Source of the DNA: Chiloscyllium plagiosum
Lineage: Eukaryota
Direction of reading: 5' to 3'
NCBI RefSeq assembly: GCF_004010195.1
Contig: NC_057756.1
Span: 4,309,603 to 4,373,602, forward strand
DNA length: 64,000 bases
Notes under the pieces: model-generated
Seen by the model: only the letters and a program-made list of their open reading frames with translations
Databases searched by the model: none
Told to the model about the DNA's origin: nothing
Shown here: positions 12,351-26,169 of the stretch, piece by piece
Layout: the number at the start of each line of letters is the position of its first letter
How positions within the stretch are numbered: position 1 is the first letter of the stretch
Program-made: the position numbers and the translations under genes

Positions 12351-13831
12351 CCTACCATTTCAGAAAAAAATGAGCCATCATAATGAATACATGGCTCCAT
12401 TTTTCGTTATTATATATATTATAAATCGGGGATCTGTCCAATCTTATCTATACCTTGTACTTTAAATCACTTTAAATCTGTGATAATGCTATCACATTTT
12501 TACGATCCACAACTTGTGCAATTTCTATCTTAAAAGTCTGGACCATGAGATTCCAATGTAAGTCTCATATTTTTGTCTTTTAATTTGCCCAGTAGGATTT
12601 TGTTCTGTGTACACAACTGACTCTGATATATTGCTCGTTCCATAAATATCAAAAAGTTATAAAGCCTGTACCAACTTCATAATAACGTTTTGATGGTAAA
12701 ATATTTTCCATGGTGGATGATGAATTTTAATAGCCAATAGGTAGTTCAATTCCAATGTCTTCCTCCTGTAGCAGTGCAGCTCAAACTCCTTTATTAGTAG
12801 CTTCAATTGCAAGTCTGAAGAGTTTCGAAAAATGGTGTGGCTAAATCTGGTGCAGTGTAATACTGATTTTCAACTGCCAAATGGCTCTTGACATTGTTCT
12901 GCCGACCTAAATTGTGTAATTCTTCTTATTAAACCTGTGAGCAGTCCAAATATGCTTCTGAAGTTTGAAGCAAATGTTCGGTAGAATCCATTTACTCCTA
13001 AAAGCGAAACACCTCTTTCTTTGCATTGGTCGTGAAAACTCGTCATTGATCTTTGCTTTTGCATTGCCTGGTCAATCTTTCATGACCAATGTTATGTCCC
13101 AAGAACGTCACTCTCCCTGTGCATATTATGTTTTCCTTAAGTCTATTACCAGTTTCGCTTCTCATAATCGTTCGAAGAGCTCTGCCAAATGTAATATTCT
13201 CATGACTCGTTAAACATCACTAAATTATCCAGATAATTGCACAATTCATCAATCTGTTCACTAGTGTGTTCTTCATTCCAAAGGATATCGCTGGTGCGTT
13301 CTAAATTCCAAAGGACTTTGAATTGATATAGCCCATTTGCAATTACAAATGCAGAAACTTCTTTCACTTTCTCTGATAAAGGTACTTGCCAATAACCACG
13401 CAGTAAGTCAAACTTTCTGATGGAACTGGCTTGTTCAACTTCCTCTACATAGTCATCCAATCTTGGTGTTGTATATGAGACCGATTTTGTTAAAGCATTC
13501 AACTTCTGATAGTCCAAACAAAATTGTTTAGTCCCATCAGGTTGGTGAACTATAACAATCACTGAAGTCCACTCACTCTGACTCGATTCGATGATATGTT
13601 CTTTGAAAATCGCATCCACTTCATTCTGGACCAATATTGCTTTGAGAGGATAAGGACTGCAGCGCAGGTTTTTTTTTAATCGGAACACAATTCCCTACTT
13701 ACATTTCATGCACAATAATCCTATTAGTCCTCCTAATCTTATTCCTCCATATGCCCCATACTGCTGCAACAAAGCTTTCAACTAGGCTACTTGTCCCTGA
13801 GACAGGTAGTTCACTAACCTATTCCCATTAA

Positions 13832-14680
13832 TAGAGTCATAGAGATGTACAGCACAGAAACTAACCCTTCCATCCAGCCCGTCCATGCCAACCAAATACC
13901 CTCACCCCATCAAGTCTCACCTGACAGCATCCGGCTATATCCCTCCAACCCCTTTTATTCAAATACCCGCCCAGGTGCCTTTTAAATGTTGCAATTGTCC
14001 TAGCCTGCACCACTTCCTCTTACAGCTCATTTCATACACATACTACCTTGTGCATGAAAAAGCTGTCCCTTAGGTCTCCTTTGTATCTTTCCCCTCTCAT
14101 CCTAAACCTATGTCCTCTATCTCTGGAGACCACCACCCCAGGGAAGGGACTTTGACTTTTTATCGTATCGATGCCCCACATGATTTTATAAATCTCCATA
14201 AGGTCACCCATCAGCCTCCAGGTGAAACAGCCTCAGCCTATTCCCGATAGTTCAAATCTTCCAGCCCGGCCAGCATTCTTGGAACTCTTTTCTGAGCCTT
14301 TTCAAGTCGCACAACATCCTTCCGATAAGATGGAGACGAGAATTGCATGAAATATTCTAACCCTCCCTAGGACCTTTCCATTAAGTGTATAAGTCCTGCT
14401 AAGATTTGCTTTCCCAAAATGAAGCATCTCGCATCTATCTGGATTAAACTCCATCTTCCACTTCTAATCTCATTGGCCCATCTGATCTGTCTTCTTCCTT
14501 TGAGACAGTTCTGCATTCAAATGGCCAGTTCTCCCTGTATTGCGTGAGATCTAACCTTGCTAATCAGTCTCCCACAGGGAACCTTGTCGAACGCCTGACT
14601 GAAGTCCATATAAATTACATCAACCGCTCTGCCCTCGTCAATCCTCTTTGTTGTTTTTCAAAAACTCAATCCAGTTTGAT
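13832..14680 (-). mobile_element. CR1 LINE 3' fragment nested between INT and RT of the Gypsy element
   Basis: Starts with CR1 tail atagagtcatagagatgtacagcac; homologous to 61160-61530. Confidence 0.9.
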
Positions 14681-17494
14681 ACATTTATCTGAATCATTAG
14701 ATTAATCCTAAAAGTATGCTCATCACATTGTCTTCAGGGTCTGATCCAACTTTCCAAAGCTCCTGGAATTCAGGATAATACGCATTTGATTTAAAGTGCT
14801 GTGTACCTAAGCAATCATGACTTCCTTAAACAATTTTCTTCAGTAAAATTAGACTTTTGGTGTGACTGAAACTCTATAGGTAGCCCATATGACATAGTAC
14901 AATCTTCTAATTCATCCACTATACTTTTCACCTTAATACTCCATAATGAAAATACTTCCAGAAATCTGGTAGACACATCCATTATGGTTAGGAAATAATG
15001 GTTCCCACCCAGACTTTTCGTGAGGGGCCTACATAATCCAAGTGAAAGGGTCTTTGAAAGTGAAAATTGGCAACAAAGGTGCTGGTTTTATTAGTGCTTG
15101 TGGTTAACTACCATTTGCAAAAATGACATGCATGGCAAAATGTAATCACGACTTTGTGCAGTCCAATCCAATAGATCTTCTTTTGTACCTTGATCTGGGT
15201 CTTCCTCACATCTAGCCGATCTCTTTCGGGTAACTCAATGCTAACTGTAACACTTCTTGTCTGTGTGCTACCAGCAATACAATCTGGTGCGCTTTCGCCC
15301 ATTTCTCCTCTGTAATAATCTGCGGTCATCTCCATTTTGTTTTATGATTCTGTCTTTAAGATAACAAGCCTCAGGAATGCATTCTGATTTGTTTTCAGAC
15401 CATGCATCTGTACATACATTTTATTGTCTTGTCTTTCTGTTGTAAGTTGAATAGCCTTTCAGGACTAAACACTTCTGCCTGACACTCTACCAGTTCAGAA
15501 TTTTTTTGCAGCTTTCCCAAAATGAAGCATCTCGCATCTATCTGGATTAGGGTGTCCACAAAATGAAATTCAGCTCCTTTGTCGTTCTCTTTAGGTTTTG
15601 CTTCCTGCTGTGACTTATGATTGTGGTATTCTCTTACTGAACAGTCTGGAAAAATTCCGGGAATTTTTCTTTTCACTCCTCCATTACCTGGTCTTCCTTT
15701 GCCTTCTCCAACAAAGGGTGCAACTCCCAACTTGGATCCTATTAAATCTTTCCCAAGAACAAACTGCATTCCATGAACTGTCACTCTGATAATCTTTCCC
15801 ACTATTAGTTTTCCAGTCTTGACTTGTATCTGAAACCTGAACTTACACAGGATGCAATAAATATCTGACAATATTTTGCACAACTGACCACTCTTTCGGG
15901 TAACATGCTAGAAAGAGTGCAAATACATTAACTTCTGACTTTTAGAGACTTATTGAATCCAATATTTCTCAAAATTATCACTTCTTGTCCTTCTACCCTG
16001 CTCTTCCTGAGTAGCCATTTCCAACAGAGGTTACGTCTTTACAGAGATCCGGCAACATATTCAACACCTAGCTCTTGCCTAGGCTGTGCACCTCCTTTTC
16101 TTGAGGTTTCATTTACTACTTTCACTAGCCTCCTGGAACACAACTTTCCCCACAGTGATTTTCTTCATCGAACAGCACTGTGACTTTATGTGTCCCACCT
16201 CTGGCAGGGAAAACACCTTTTCTTAAACCACTGGCACTGTAAGTTCATGTAATCACACTCCATTACAAAATAAACACATGCGCCTTTAACCTCCATTTCA
16301 CCCTCTTGGGCATCTTTTTCTTTCATCTGTGGAAACAATTGCCAGGGCATTCTCGAATTTGTTTTGTACTGTAGGATCTCCCCTTTTCCTAATTTCTATC
16401 TATCATTGGGATGAAATTCTTGCCAGAAGCCAAATTTTGCCTTGTTCACCAATTTTTATTCATCTGCCATCTCTGCCACTCTTTTTACTTCTTGAACCTT
16501 CTGATTATCCACATGATCTTTTTATCATTTCTGAAAATGATCTTTGTAACTCCTTCAGGGGTATTATCGCATCGTAAAGTCTCATAGGTCTTGTGTATTT
16601 TAAGACCCCCGTCCATCTACCAAAATTGCGATATTTAATTATTTCAAAAGCAAAATAGGTTTGACCTGGTTTTACACTTCACCTGACAGCGCTGTACATA
16701 GCTCACTAGTTCTGTCTACCAGCTTAGTCTGAACTAGCATTACCCACAAGTTCTCTGACCACTCCGTTCGTCTAGCCAATTTTGCAAATTAAATGAAGAA
16801 GGCTTTGAAGTGACATGATTGCAAACATCACAAACGTCTCTCTTTATGTCCATCCTCATAACTTGACGGTCCTGACTAATGTCCAACTTTTGAAGTACAT
16901 ATTTTCTCTCCCTTTCTCTTTCTCTATCTTCTCTCTCTCTTTGCTCAGGTAAGGACCTTCTCCCACTTTCAATTTCACCTCTCTCTCCCTTTTTTCCTCT
17001 TTATATTTTTCTTCTCACTCTCTTTCTCTTCTCACGTGGATTTTATTTCCCTTTCTGTATCATCTAAGTCTATTTGCCTCAATTGAAATTTGAGTTTTTA
17101 TAACTCTTCTGCACTTGTCTGTTTCTCTGATACAACGAAGTACTTGACCAACCCCATTAGAGTTTCCGCTTTCCTTTCTAGTTTAACCCAATTCTAATCT
17201 GATTGATAATTGTAAAAGTATATTATTCTACTGTCTTTCTAATCCTTCTTGACAAATTTGGGAAGTATTTCCATATCCCAGAATATCGTTAGCAATGTTA
17301 AGAGCCATTTCTCTCAATTTTAATTTAACCAATCACAAGTAACGAAATAAATTGTAAAAAAAAGTCTCACCCGTGTTTTATTTAAAGATCAAGAACGCTA
17401 ACCGGCAATTGATTGAATCTGCTGGGATATTTCGTGCAGTAAAGCTGTTCAACTCTGTCCAAATCTCAGAATGGATCAGTCTAAACCTTTCCAA

Positions 17495-17512
17495 ATTCCG
17501 TACGTGCCCCCA
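17495..17512 (-). promoter_or_regulatory. Degenerate tRNA-Pro primer-binding site
   Basis: Minus strand TGGGGGCACGTACGGAAT vs tRNA-Pro PBS TGGGGGCTCGTCCGGGAT, directly after the 5' LTR. Confidence 0.7.
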
Positions 17513-17515
17513 AAC

Positions 17516-18261
17516 TGTGACGAAACAGTGGTGAACCCTTTTATTAATTAAACCAAACACCCAGAAAAAATACCCCTCACCCCCTAATATATTCAAAGAT
17601 GAGTGACAGAGATCTCCCAAGTTCCTGTCTGTAAAGAAAGTATTATCAACTTATTATTTAATCTTAAAATGGGCATTAAACAACAATTCATAACTTTGAA
17701 CCCTCCTTCCACTTAATTGCCTATTACTTGCCTCCAACTCTATGGCAATATACCATTCAGATAAGACACTTATTAAAATTACATCAAATTAATTTCAAAA
17801 CAATTCATTGTCTGTCGTCTTTGGTGTCGGTCTTCTTCCAGTTGAACATCTTCTGGGTCGTCTTCTTTCTTTTTACTGCAAATACGTTTCATACAAAAAG
17901 ATACGTTTGATACAGAGTGTTTCCTAATTTCGTTGGTGTCTTTCGACGGCAGATGCTCTGCTCAGTTTTTTATATGCCTGCATTTTTGTATCTCCAATGT
18001 CAGTTCATCGCATTGATTCGATGCTGGCAAAACAATAAACTCAAACTCAATTGGGTTTTGGTATCTTGGATCAGACTTCAAACGATTTGGTTAAGCTTGA
18101 ATTGTTGTCGAAACAGCACCCAAGTTAGCTATACATTCCACAGCCAAATTTTACACCTTATTCATTTTCATGTACACTCTAAGATTTCTAAGCTCTGAGT
18201 TCTGAATAGCAGTCTCTCTCTCTCTCTTAAAGGTACAGTACACGTCTTCAATTTCATAACA
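17516..18261 (-). repeat. 5' LTR
   Basis: tgtgacgaaacagtggtgaaccc ... ctcttaaaggtacagtacacgtcttcaatttcataaca. Confidence 0.9.
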
Positions 18262-19150
18262 GTTTCATCCGTAAATTGTCAACCAGACCATTTATATAAA
18301 TATCGAATATCAGTATCTCCTGCGCCAAACATTACAGCATACTGGTAATCACAGAACTCCAGTCTGAAATGCACACCTCTACTGCCAGCTTTTGCCAAAA
18401 CAATTTTAGACTCCCTACCGTATGGAAACAGGCCCTTCGACACAACAAGTCCACACCAACACTCCAAAGAGTAACGCACTCAGTCCCAATTCCCTCTGAC
18501 CAATGCACCTAAAACTATGGTCAATTTAGCATGCCCAATTCACCTGACCTGCACATCTTTGGAGCGTGGGAGGAAACCGGAGGAAACCCGCACAAACTCA
18601 ATGCTCAAACTCCACACAGACAGTCACCCGAGGCTGGAATCGAACCTGGGAACTCTGGTGCTGTGAGACAACAGTGCTAACCACTGAGCCACCATGCCGC
18701 CCATTTTGTGTCTATTCGGCTATCTCTGCCTGGATACCTTGAGATTAAAACTTACTAAACAATCTACCATGTCGCATTTTGTGAAAGGCCTTTCGAAAGT
18801 CCATTTGGACGATTTCTATCGCACTGCCTTCACCTAATTTATTTGCCTCCTCTTAAGAAACTGCATCAAATTAGTGGCATACGACTTTCAATATCTAAGA
18901 CCATGCTGACGATCCCCAACGGGTCCTTGCCTATCCGAAAGTATGTCAATCCTGTCACTCAGAAAACCACTCTCACAAACCACCCACCATAAAAGTACTG
19001 GTCTCTTGCTCGCAGGTATTTTTCTGCAGGCTTCATTAAATAATGGCACAACATTAGACACCCTCTAATTTTATGGCACTTCATCCCTGGCTGACTAATA
19101 AACTCCTTTTTTTCATTCATCCAGCTCATACCCTGCCTCTTTCCTAAAAA
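18262..19150 (-). mobile_element. CR1 LINE (right piece of the copy split by the LTR element; interrupted by a SINE)
   Basis: catccgtaaattg...atcatt-like RT region and gaaaggcctttcgaaagtccat remnants. Confidence 0.7.
18405..18702 (-). mobile_element. Full-length tRNA-derived HE1-type SINE
   Basis: Minus strand head gggcggcatggTGGCTCAGTGGttagc (A box) ... GGTTCGATTCC (B box); CR1-like tail gggcctgtttccat. Confidence 0.92.
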
Positions 19151-19538
19151 CAATTTCTTCTTAGTGAGGGCATCATTGATATATGTGAGAGTGGTGCACA
19201 TGGATATCAGAGTATTCTGATTTTTGTACAGAACATGGACAATTCAGTTCATGTTGTGAGTCGTTTAGAAGGGAATTTACAAGTATTCACTGACTTCTAT
19301 CTCAATGAGATTTCTATCGTACCGTAGCAATATTCTGGTGAAGAGCTTGGATTCTTACTTTTGTTCAAGAATTATTCTTATGCATATTTTGTTTTATCAT
19401 TTTCCTATTAATTGTGGAGACTTGTTATGCACATATTCGACTCATTTTAGCCTTACTATTTTGGAGCTTACTTCGACTAATTGCACATAAATTATAAAGG
19501 CATATCCCTAAATAAAATCTAATCTTCATTTTCAACAG

Positions 19539-19565
19539 AAGAAAAACTGAATACAAAGAAAAAAG
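19539..19565 (+). CDS. Micro-exon type A (27 nt): EEKLNTKKK
   Basis: atcttcattttcaacag|AAGAAAAACTGAATACAAAGAAAAAAG|gtaccg. Confidence 0.85.
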
Positions 19566-19620
19566 GTACCGTTACAATTTTATCTATGAAAACTTGAGTT
19601 AAACAGTGTCATTATTTTAT

Positions 19621-19920
19621 TAGATTAGACTCCCCTACAGTGTGAAAAGAGGCCCTTCGGCACAATACATCCTCACTGACCCACCAAAAAGTAGCCCATT
19701 TCCCGAAGAGTAGTGCACCAAACACTATGAGCAATTTAGCATGGCCAATTCGCCTGAACCGAACATCCTTGGACTATAGGAGAAAAACAGACCACCGGAG
19801 GAAACCCACACAGACCCGGAGAGAATATGCAAACTTCGCACAGACAGTCATCTGAGGCTGGAATCAAACATGGTTCCTTGGTGCAGTAATGCAGCAGTGC
19901 TAACCACTGAACCACCTGCC
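19621..19920 (-). mobile_element. HE1-type SINE, more diverged
   Basis: Colinear with 18405-18702; tagattag tail. Confidence 0.88.
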
Positions 19921-20749
19921 AAAATTACAGCTTCAGTCGGATTTCAAATATATGAGAGGAGTGAAGCTGCTGCATTAGACCACTGAGGTGATTAAGATTG
20001 CACTGCCATTCAGACTGAGTTTTTACTTGTATTTCCTCTGTACATTATCTCATACAAACTAATTATGTTAGGAAACACAACTATTTCAACGTCTATTTCG
20101 CTCATGTTCAATGCTTGAATCTGCATGACCCAATTTTCTAGACAGTTCCAAGTGTCAAGCACATTTAATGAAGCCATATCTCCTTACCTCCACCTTAAAA
20201 GGCTTGCTTCTCATTTGAACCAGTATCTCGGTCAGCATGATTTTATCATTCAGCATTTACAGAACGATTCAAAATCAAATATTGTCATGGTAGATCGTGA
20301 TCGAATTTGATGCAACATACAAAATATATATTCTATCGTTAAACATTAAGTTAATTTTTTTTTAAAATCTCACATTTAGCATTATGATCGGCCATGTCAT
20401 TGAAGTTTACTTGCCTGTGAATAATTCCATGGAATTTAAATACTCCATTTGTAGGCATTGCTGGTTATTTTAACTCAGAACTTTATGGTGCACATTTCAG
20501 ACTTGAGGCATTACTTTACGCCTCCTGGTATTCTTTAAGGATCAATCAAATAACGATATAACTTCGTGTAACCCCATCATTAGATTTTTTTTCTTGCAGT
20601 TCACTCCCACAATAAACCTTTAAATGCTTGTGTAGATGCTTTGCTAATCACGGAATAACTGAGATACACAAATTATAATATTTCTTAAACTGTCTAAGTA
20701 CTATGTAAATATTGAAACTCATACATTTTGAAATAGTTTAAAAGTTAAA

Positions 20750-20965
20750 TAATCGATGTCTGTGGAATGAACTTCCTGAGGGTGTGTTGGATGTGGGCAC
20801 AATTACAATGATAAGTTCATGAATCAGAGAGTTTTGGAAGGATATGCGCCAGCAGCACTTGTGTGGGAGGTTATTTAGAAGTTTGAGGTTATGTTCCAGG
20901 TGGACGGTTTGAAGAAAAGGATTTTTTTGCATGCTTTCTGACTCCATGATTGGTCTCTATGTACT
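20750..20965 (+). mobile_element. CR1 3'-end fragment
   Basis: tgtggaatgaacttcctgagg...catgctttctgactccatga matches 61320-61530. Confidence 0.6.
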
Positions 20966-21329
20966 CTGGAATTGTTTCATTAGTGTCGAATGCAACAATA
21001 AATTACAATATCCATAAAGGTATTCACAGCGGGAAATCAGGCACTGCATCAGTTTGGAAACAGAAAAAAAAACAACGCTGTAACATTTGAATACTGAAAT
21101 ACGAAGAGGGTCCAGTGAATTGAGCAAGTAATTAGACACAAATCAGTAAGGTTCGTCGGTGGGCTAATAATTTCATACAAAATTGAGAGATATGATTATC
21201 GTTACTTGGAAACGCACTATCCATCAGTGATCATCAGATTTTGTTTTGTTAAGTGTTTGCTTACTGTTTTGTTGTTTTCTTATTAGCTTACTTTTTTCTG
21301 AGCAACGATCATGGAATATTCAAAAATAT

Positions 21330-22320
21330 AGTGCAGTGATATTGTTTACGTAGACGAAAGGAAAATATGGCTCAACTGCAAGATTACTGACAAAATTTAT
21401 TGTACCACAGAATATGGGACATTGTGGAGAATTTGAGTCAAAATACGAGAACAAAAATGAAAGCAAAGCAGATTGTTGAAGAGCCTTTACTCTGCAAATG
21501 ACAGATACTTTCCAGGGCATATCTCAGGGGTTATTGCTGGCTCTGCTGCTGTTTGCAGATTGATTTGGAGTGAAATACGGACACAAGATATTAATGTTTC
21601 TAACTACATTGTCCATATTCCTAATACGGAATAAGGTGGAAGGGCACACATGATAAAATGGAGGTTGTTGAAAGGAGTACGGAAAGTGTTTGTGTTTAGC
21701 TTACAAATCTGCAGATATTTCAAAGTGTCACGACACGTAAATAAATTTTAAGTCAGACTTAAGAGGTCTTTCACTTCATTGTTTTAGAAATTGATTACTG
21801 AATTAGAAACTTAATTCAACTGGTGTATTTGATGCATAATTCCAGCAGATTGTTTTTTTTCTGAAAAACAAAATATGTCCATACACATTGCATGAAAGAC
21901 ACACGACAGTGCATATTCTCTCGATATGAACACGATATTTATCATATCTTGTAACTTGCAGCCCAGATGAAAATTGAACAAGTCAAGAATATCTTGCTGC
22001 ACACGGAGAAGTTTGGGAAAGAAACTAAATTGTGTAATGGATCATTAAGAGACACCTGAACAGAATGAATAGGGAAGACTTAATTTTCTTGATGGAAGGG
22101 CGCAGAACCATGTGATATAGTTTTATTGTTGTTCTAATTAATATGGGGTGGTAAAGAAAACGCTTCACATCGATTTCGATGCATTTTTTTCTGCTTTAAT
22201 TTTAAGAACAGCAAATAGATTTAAAGCAACCAGGATCTGGGCCCCTTGCACGGCTAGAGTGAAATGGAGTTAGGCTGGGTAGTTCCTTCATTCAACGAGT
22301 ACAGAAAAGTTTGTCTAAAA
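21330..22320 (+). mobile_element. Very old CR1 fragments
   Basis: Patchy RT-region and 3' similarity (atctcaggggttattgctgg; gaacagaatgaatagggaagac). Confidence 0.4.
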
Positions 22321-22556
22321 GGAGACATCATTTGTGAGTTTTCTGAAGCTCAACATCAGCAGATCAGCAGCTCTGGTCGCATCTCTGAATATTTACTGAT
22401 TTTTGGAGAATGAATGCTTGTGATACATTCCTTAGTCACGTAAATATTTGATCTGATTTTTATAATGTAAAAGGGATAAACATACTCAATACGTTGCTTC
22501 AAATGCAATTACAAAGTTGATTTATTTTTATTTTCATGAGCATTTGTTTATCTTAG

Positions 22557-22592
22557 AATTATTAAACAGTGAACAGTCTCGTGAAGATTTAG
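22557..22592 (+). CDS. Micro-exon type B (36 nt): ELLNSEQSREDL
   Basis: catttgtttatcttag|AATTATTAAACAGTGAACAGTCTCGTGAAGATTTAG|gtgagc. Confidence 0.88.
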
Positions 22593-24254
22593 GTGAGCAA
22601 ACTTCCCATAATCTGCTGAAATGCTTGAAAAGTTTACTTTGCTATAAATCTCATTTTTAAAATCTAAGCTGCAGTGTTTTACAATTTCTGTCACAAGATG
22701 TTTCTTAGTAACTACATAAATATTCCATTATGTATAAAAATGTATCTCGTTATTCTTGATCAAAATTACTGACTACATAATGATTGGCACTATACTGTTC
22801 ATGCCCATCACTCCTGCTCATGCCTAATAATCATAAGTCTACCTTCCACCATAAGACAGGTTTATTTGCATGAAAAATCGACACATTGGCTTGAAGTCTT
22901 ACTCCATGCGGGGAACAATATCAGACTCCTGGATTTCACCGCACTCCTCCCCCATCCCCACCGTCAAACAAATGAAAAATCAGAAAGGGCAATGTCCTCC
23001 CTCCCCGTTATGAAGTTATTAATTCTTGAAGGTTTGATCAAAATGAACGCAAGAAGACACATGCAATTTGATACATTGAATTATTTCATATCTACTGAAA
23101 AAAATAATAATAAACTGATTACCTTAACCTAATGAGACGTATCCAAACGAATAAGCTGAAAATTCTTTCGCATGTCGCGGCACCTCACAATGTTGGCACT
23201 TGGAGCTGACTATTATTTCTGTGGTACCGATCAAAATTCAGAACGATTGTGAAGTCCGACAAGCTGCCAAAATCCCAATTTTTAATATGGTCCACTAGAA
23301 ATCATATTGGTGCTAAATTGCCTTTTCTGTGTACTTTTCCCAAACATTCATAAGTGCCATTGCAAAAACCAGTCGAGTTGTCATTCCAAAACGGCCTATT
23401 CGCACGTCAAGGCTACCTTCGTGCAAAACAGCCAGTTATTACTTGCCTTTCCACTCTCCAGCAAATGTGTATTGTTACGTCCAATAAATCCTTAATGATC
23501 TGGTTTGAAAATGTCATGGTTTCGCACTGTACACTGCATTCCGTCCTTAATACCCAGACAAGTGATTAAAATATCATATAACCGCGCACATATTATTTGA
23601 TAGCTGCAAACTGATATTATATGTGGCAGTATTTACAAGCCATTGTGAAGGAAAATTAAAGAGACAACAAGCAGTAAGCAAGGAGCACAATACGATCTGG
23701 TTAATTTTCACAATCGTTTTCTTGGTGGATTTGGTTGCTATCGTCTAATCATTTTGGTGTAAAACGCACTGGTCAATAACATGTTTCCAAACAGAAATGA
23801 ACAGGCCGTATATTTGCCATTAGGTGGCACTTAAAATCAAACTAAGTAGATTTACATGCTGTGGTATTGCAAATAGTTAATCATAAATCAGCGTTGATTT
23901 GACTCATATGAAATAAAATAAATGTTTTCAAAAACAACATATGTCTGGATAACAATGAAATGGTTAATTCATGCTTTTGTGTTAAATCATATTAATCCAC
24001 CAAATTGCAATAGTTTCATTCAGCATTAGCACAAAGATTGTCTCATTGTCATACATTTTGTGATTGCAACTATTAGCAAGGTTTGCAAGGCCATAAACTT
24101 TACAATTGTACGTGGCCATCTCAAAAGTGTTCTTGTGTATACAGTGACATTGGAGAGCGTTATTTTGTTTCTTTCCTGATTTTTTTCCAACAACGGTTTA
24201 CCTCATGATGGTTTTCTATGCATCACCTAATTGCTCAGCTACTATTTCATCAGA

Positions 24255-25050
24255 ACGAAAGTAGATACTGCAGATGTTGAAGATTAGAGTCAAGATTAGA
24301 GTCAAGATTAGAGCAGTACTGGAAAAGCACAGAAGATCAGGTAGCATCCGAGGAGCAGGAAAATCGACGTTTCAGGCAATGACCCTTCGTCGGAACGAGG
24401 TTGGAGCCTCGGGGGTGGAGGGATAAATGAGAGGTGGTGGAGCTAGGGATAATGTAGCTGAGGTTGCAATAGGTCAATGGAGGTGGGGGTAAAGTTCACA
24501 GGTTGAAGAGGAGGATGGAGCGGATACGTGGGCAGAAAGATTGTCAGGAGAGACAGTTCTGAGGACGGTGCTGAGCTGGAAATTTGGAACTGGGGTAAGG
24601 TGGGGTAGGGGAAATGAGGAAACAGGTGAAGTCCATATTGATGTCAGTAGGTAGAAGGGTTCCGAGGAGGAAGACGAAGTGTTCTTTCTCCAGGCATCGG
24701 GTGGTAAGGGAGTGGCAATAGAGGAGGCCCAGGACCTGCGTGTCCTCGGCAGAGTGGGATGGGGAGTTGAAACGTTCGACCATGGGGTATTGGGGTTGAT
24801 TGGTGTGGGTGTAACAGAGATGTTCTCTGAAGCGCTCTGCAAGCTGATGTCCAGTCTTCCCAATATGTAGGAGACCACATCAGGAGCAACAGATAATACA
24901 ATTGACTTGTGTGGAAGGGCAGGGGAACCATTGATGGATATGGAAGGCTCCTTTGGGGCTTTGGACGGAGGTGAGTGGGGAGTGATGGGTGCAGATTTTG
25001 CAATTCCTGTAGTAGCAAGAGAAGGTGCCAGGAGGGAAGTGAGGGCTGTT
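24255..25050 (-). mobile_element. Penelope-like element 3' part (GIY-YIG endonuclease and terminal repeat)
   Basis: CYYRNCKIC...CIICCS, then HSAEDTQVLGLL...EKEHFVFLLGTLLPTDINMDF; degenerate hammerhead at ~24363-24395; 12-bp tandem agattagagtca x~3 at 24281-24313. Confidence 0.88.
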
Positions 25051-26169
25051 CGAGGAACAGTGACTATTGAGTGGCATAATGTTGTAAAACTGTTTGTTGT
25101 ACTTACAGTTTTTTATGTTGGAAATTGTGTAGAAATATCGTTTGTTGAGAGTATGAATTCTTCTGAGGACGAAATACAGTTGGGGTCCTTTGCAGTTCTG
25201 AGAGATTGTGGTGCTCAGTTGTGGCATAGCTGACTGTAGAGAGGTTAGGTGCCAGCGCACGGCAGAGAGTATAGAGTAGAGGATCCAGAAGGAGAACCAG
25301 CACTGGATGTTTTGAATTTATTATCCAGTACAGTGGTGGCATGTTCCTGATTGGAAATGGCACCCGTATTCGCACATCTGCTATTTGCGCCCAACTCCCC
25401 TCCCATCCACCCCATCCCAAGCCAATTTATCATTACTCCAGGTACCAAATCTATGGACAGATCTCCGTAAATGTTAGTACTCAGCCCGGATATCAAGCAC
25501 AGCCATATCCCACTGCTTTTTTCTCAGGTGCATTTCAGGCCTCTGCCAAACCTGCAGTCTAAGGAATTACTTACTGTCCACAGCTTTTGTAAATTTCTCT
25601 ATCATAGGGAACACGGCCAATTTCAGCATAACCTACATTTTTTGGCAAGAAGCTTCTGCGCAGAATTTATTTCTTACATCATGGGCTGGACAGGAATTCC
25701 TTTTATTCCCTTAGCTCATGCAAGACGTTTCTCCCACATTGCACTGGTGGGTATGCCATTTATTTAGTCTTATATTTGCCTGTTCTCAAAAAAGCAAGTG
25801 TTTCATTTCAGGTGGCGCTCCACTTCGCACTCTCATTTTTCCAAAGCTCCCTTGACTCCAGCATTTCAAATCAAATGAGTTGTATCTCGGGCTTATTTTA
25901 CGTTTGTAAATTGTCGGATCAAGTTTCCAATTTTGCCTGCTGGTCTTCACTGTGTCGGGCAACATATTCCCACTATCTGCCTCTGCAGTTTTGTCGGTCT
26001 ACTGTATATAATCCGAATTCTTATTTTGGCCGTGAAAACATTACGGTCTTGTCTCTGAAATGCAGTAGCGTGTAATTCCATTTGCAACGCTATCTCTCTT
26101 ACGCAGGTAGCTCACTCTTGAATAGTTAACCATGAAAAAGGTCTCTGTGCTCAATCCATGGCACCCATA

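Larger units (their letters stand above)
11577..18261 (-). mobile_element. Full-length decayed Gypsy LTR retrotransposon, Gmr1-like order (gag-PR-INT-RT-RH)
   Basis: Two ~750-bp TG..CA LTRs, 4-bp TSD gttt (11573-76 / 18262-65), tRNA-Pro-like PBS, INT zinc finger YWIGLHKVVITFCHACHFC (~15110-15180) upstream of RT FCLDYQKLN...FDLLRGYWQVPL (13200-13688). Confidence 0.92.

Noticed and set aside
18630..18702. tRNA-like sequence with A and B boxes
   Set aside because: It is the head of a SINE, not a tRNA gene.
19232..19255. 24-nt exon-like segment EHGQFSSC with gtgagt donor
   Set aside because: Ends in T, so joining to exon 19539 gives TAA; does not fit the repeat.
20263..20289. 27-nt phase-1 segment ERFKIKYCH
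   Set aside because: Weak donor (gtagat), no repeat similarity, breaks the A/B alternation; chance hits of this kind are expected.
25341..25400. IGNGTRI resembling an antigen-receptor J segment
   Set aside because: No FGxG motif, no heptamer/nonamer RSS and no donor at the expected position.
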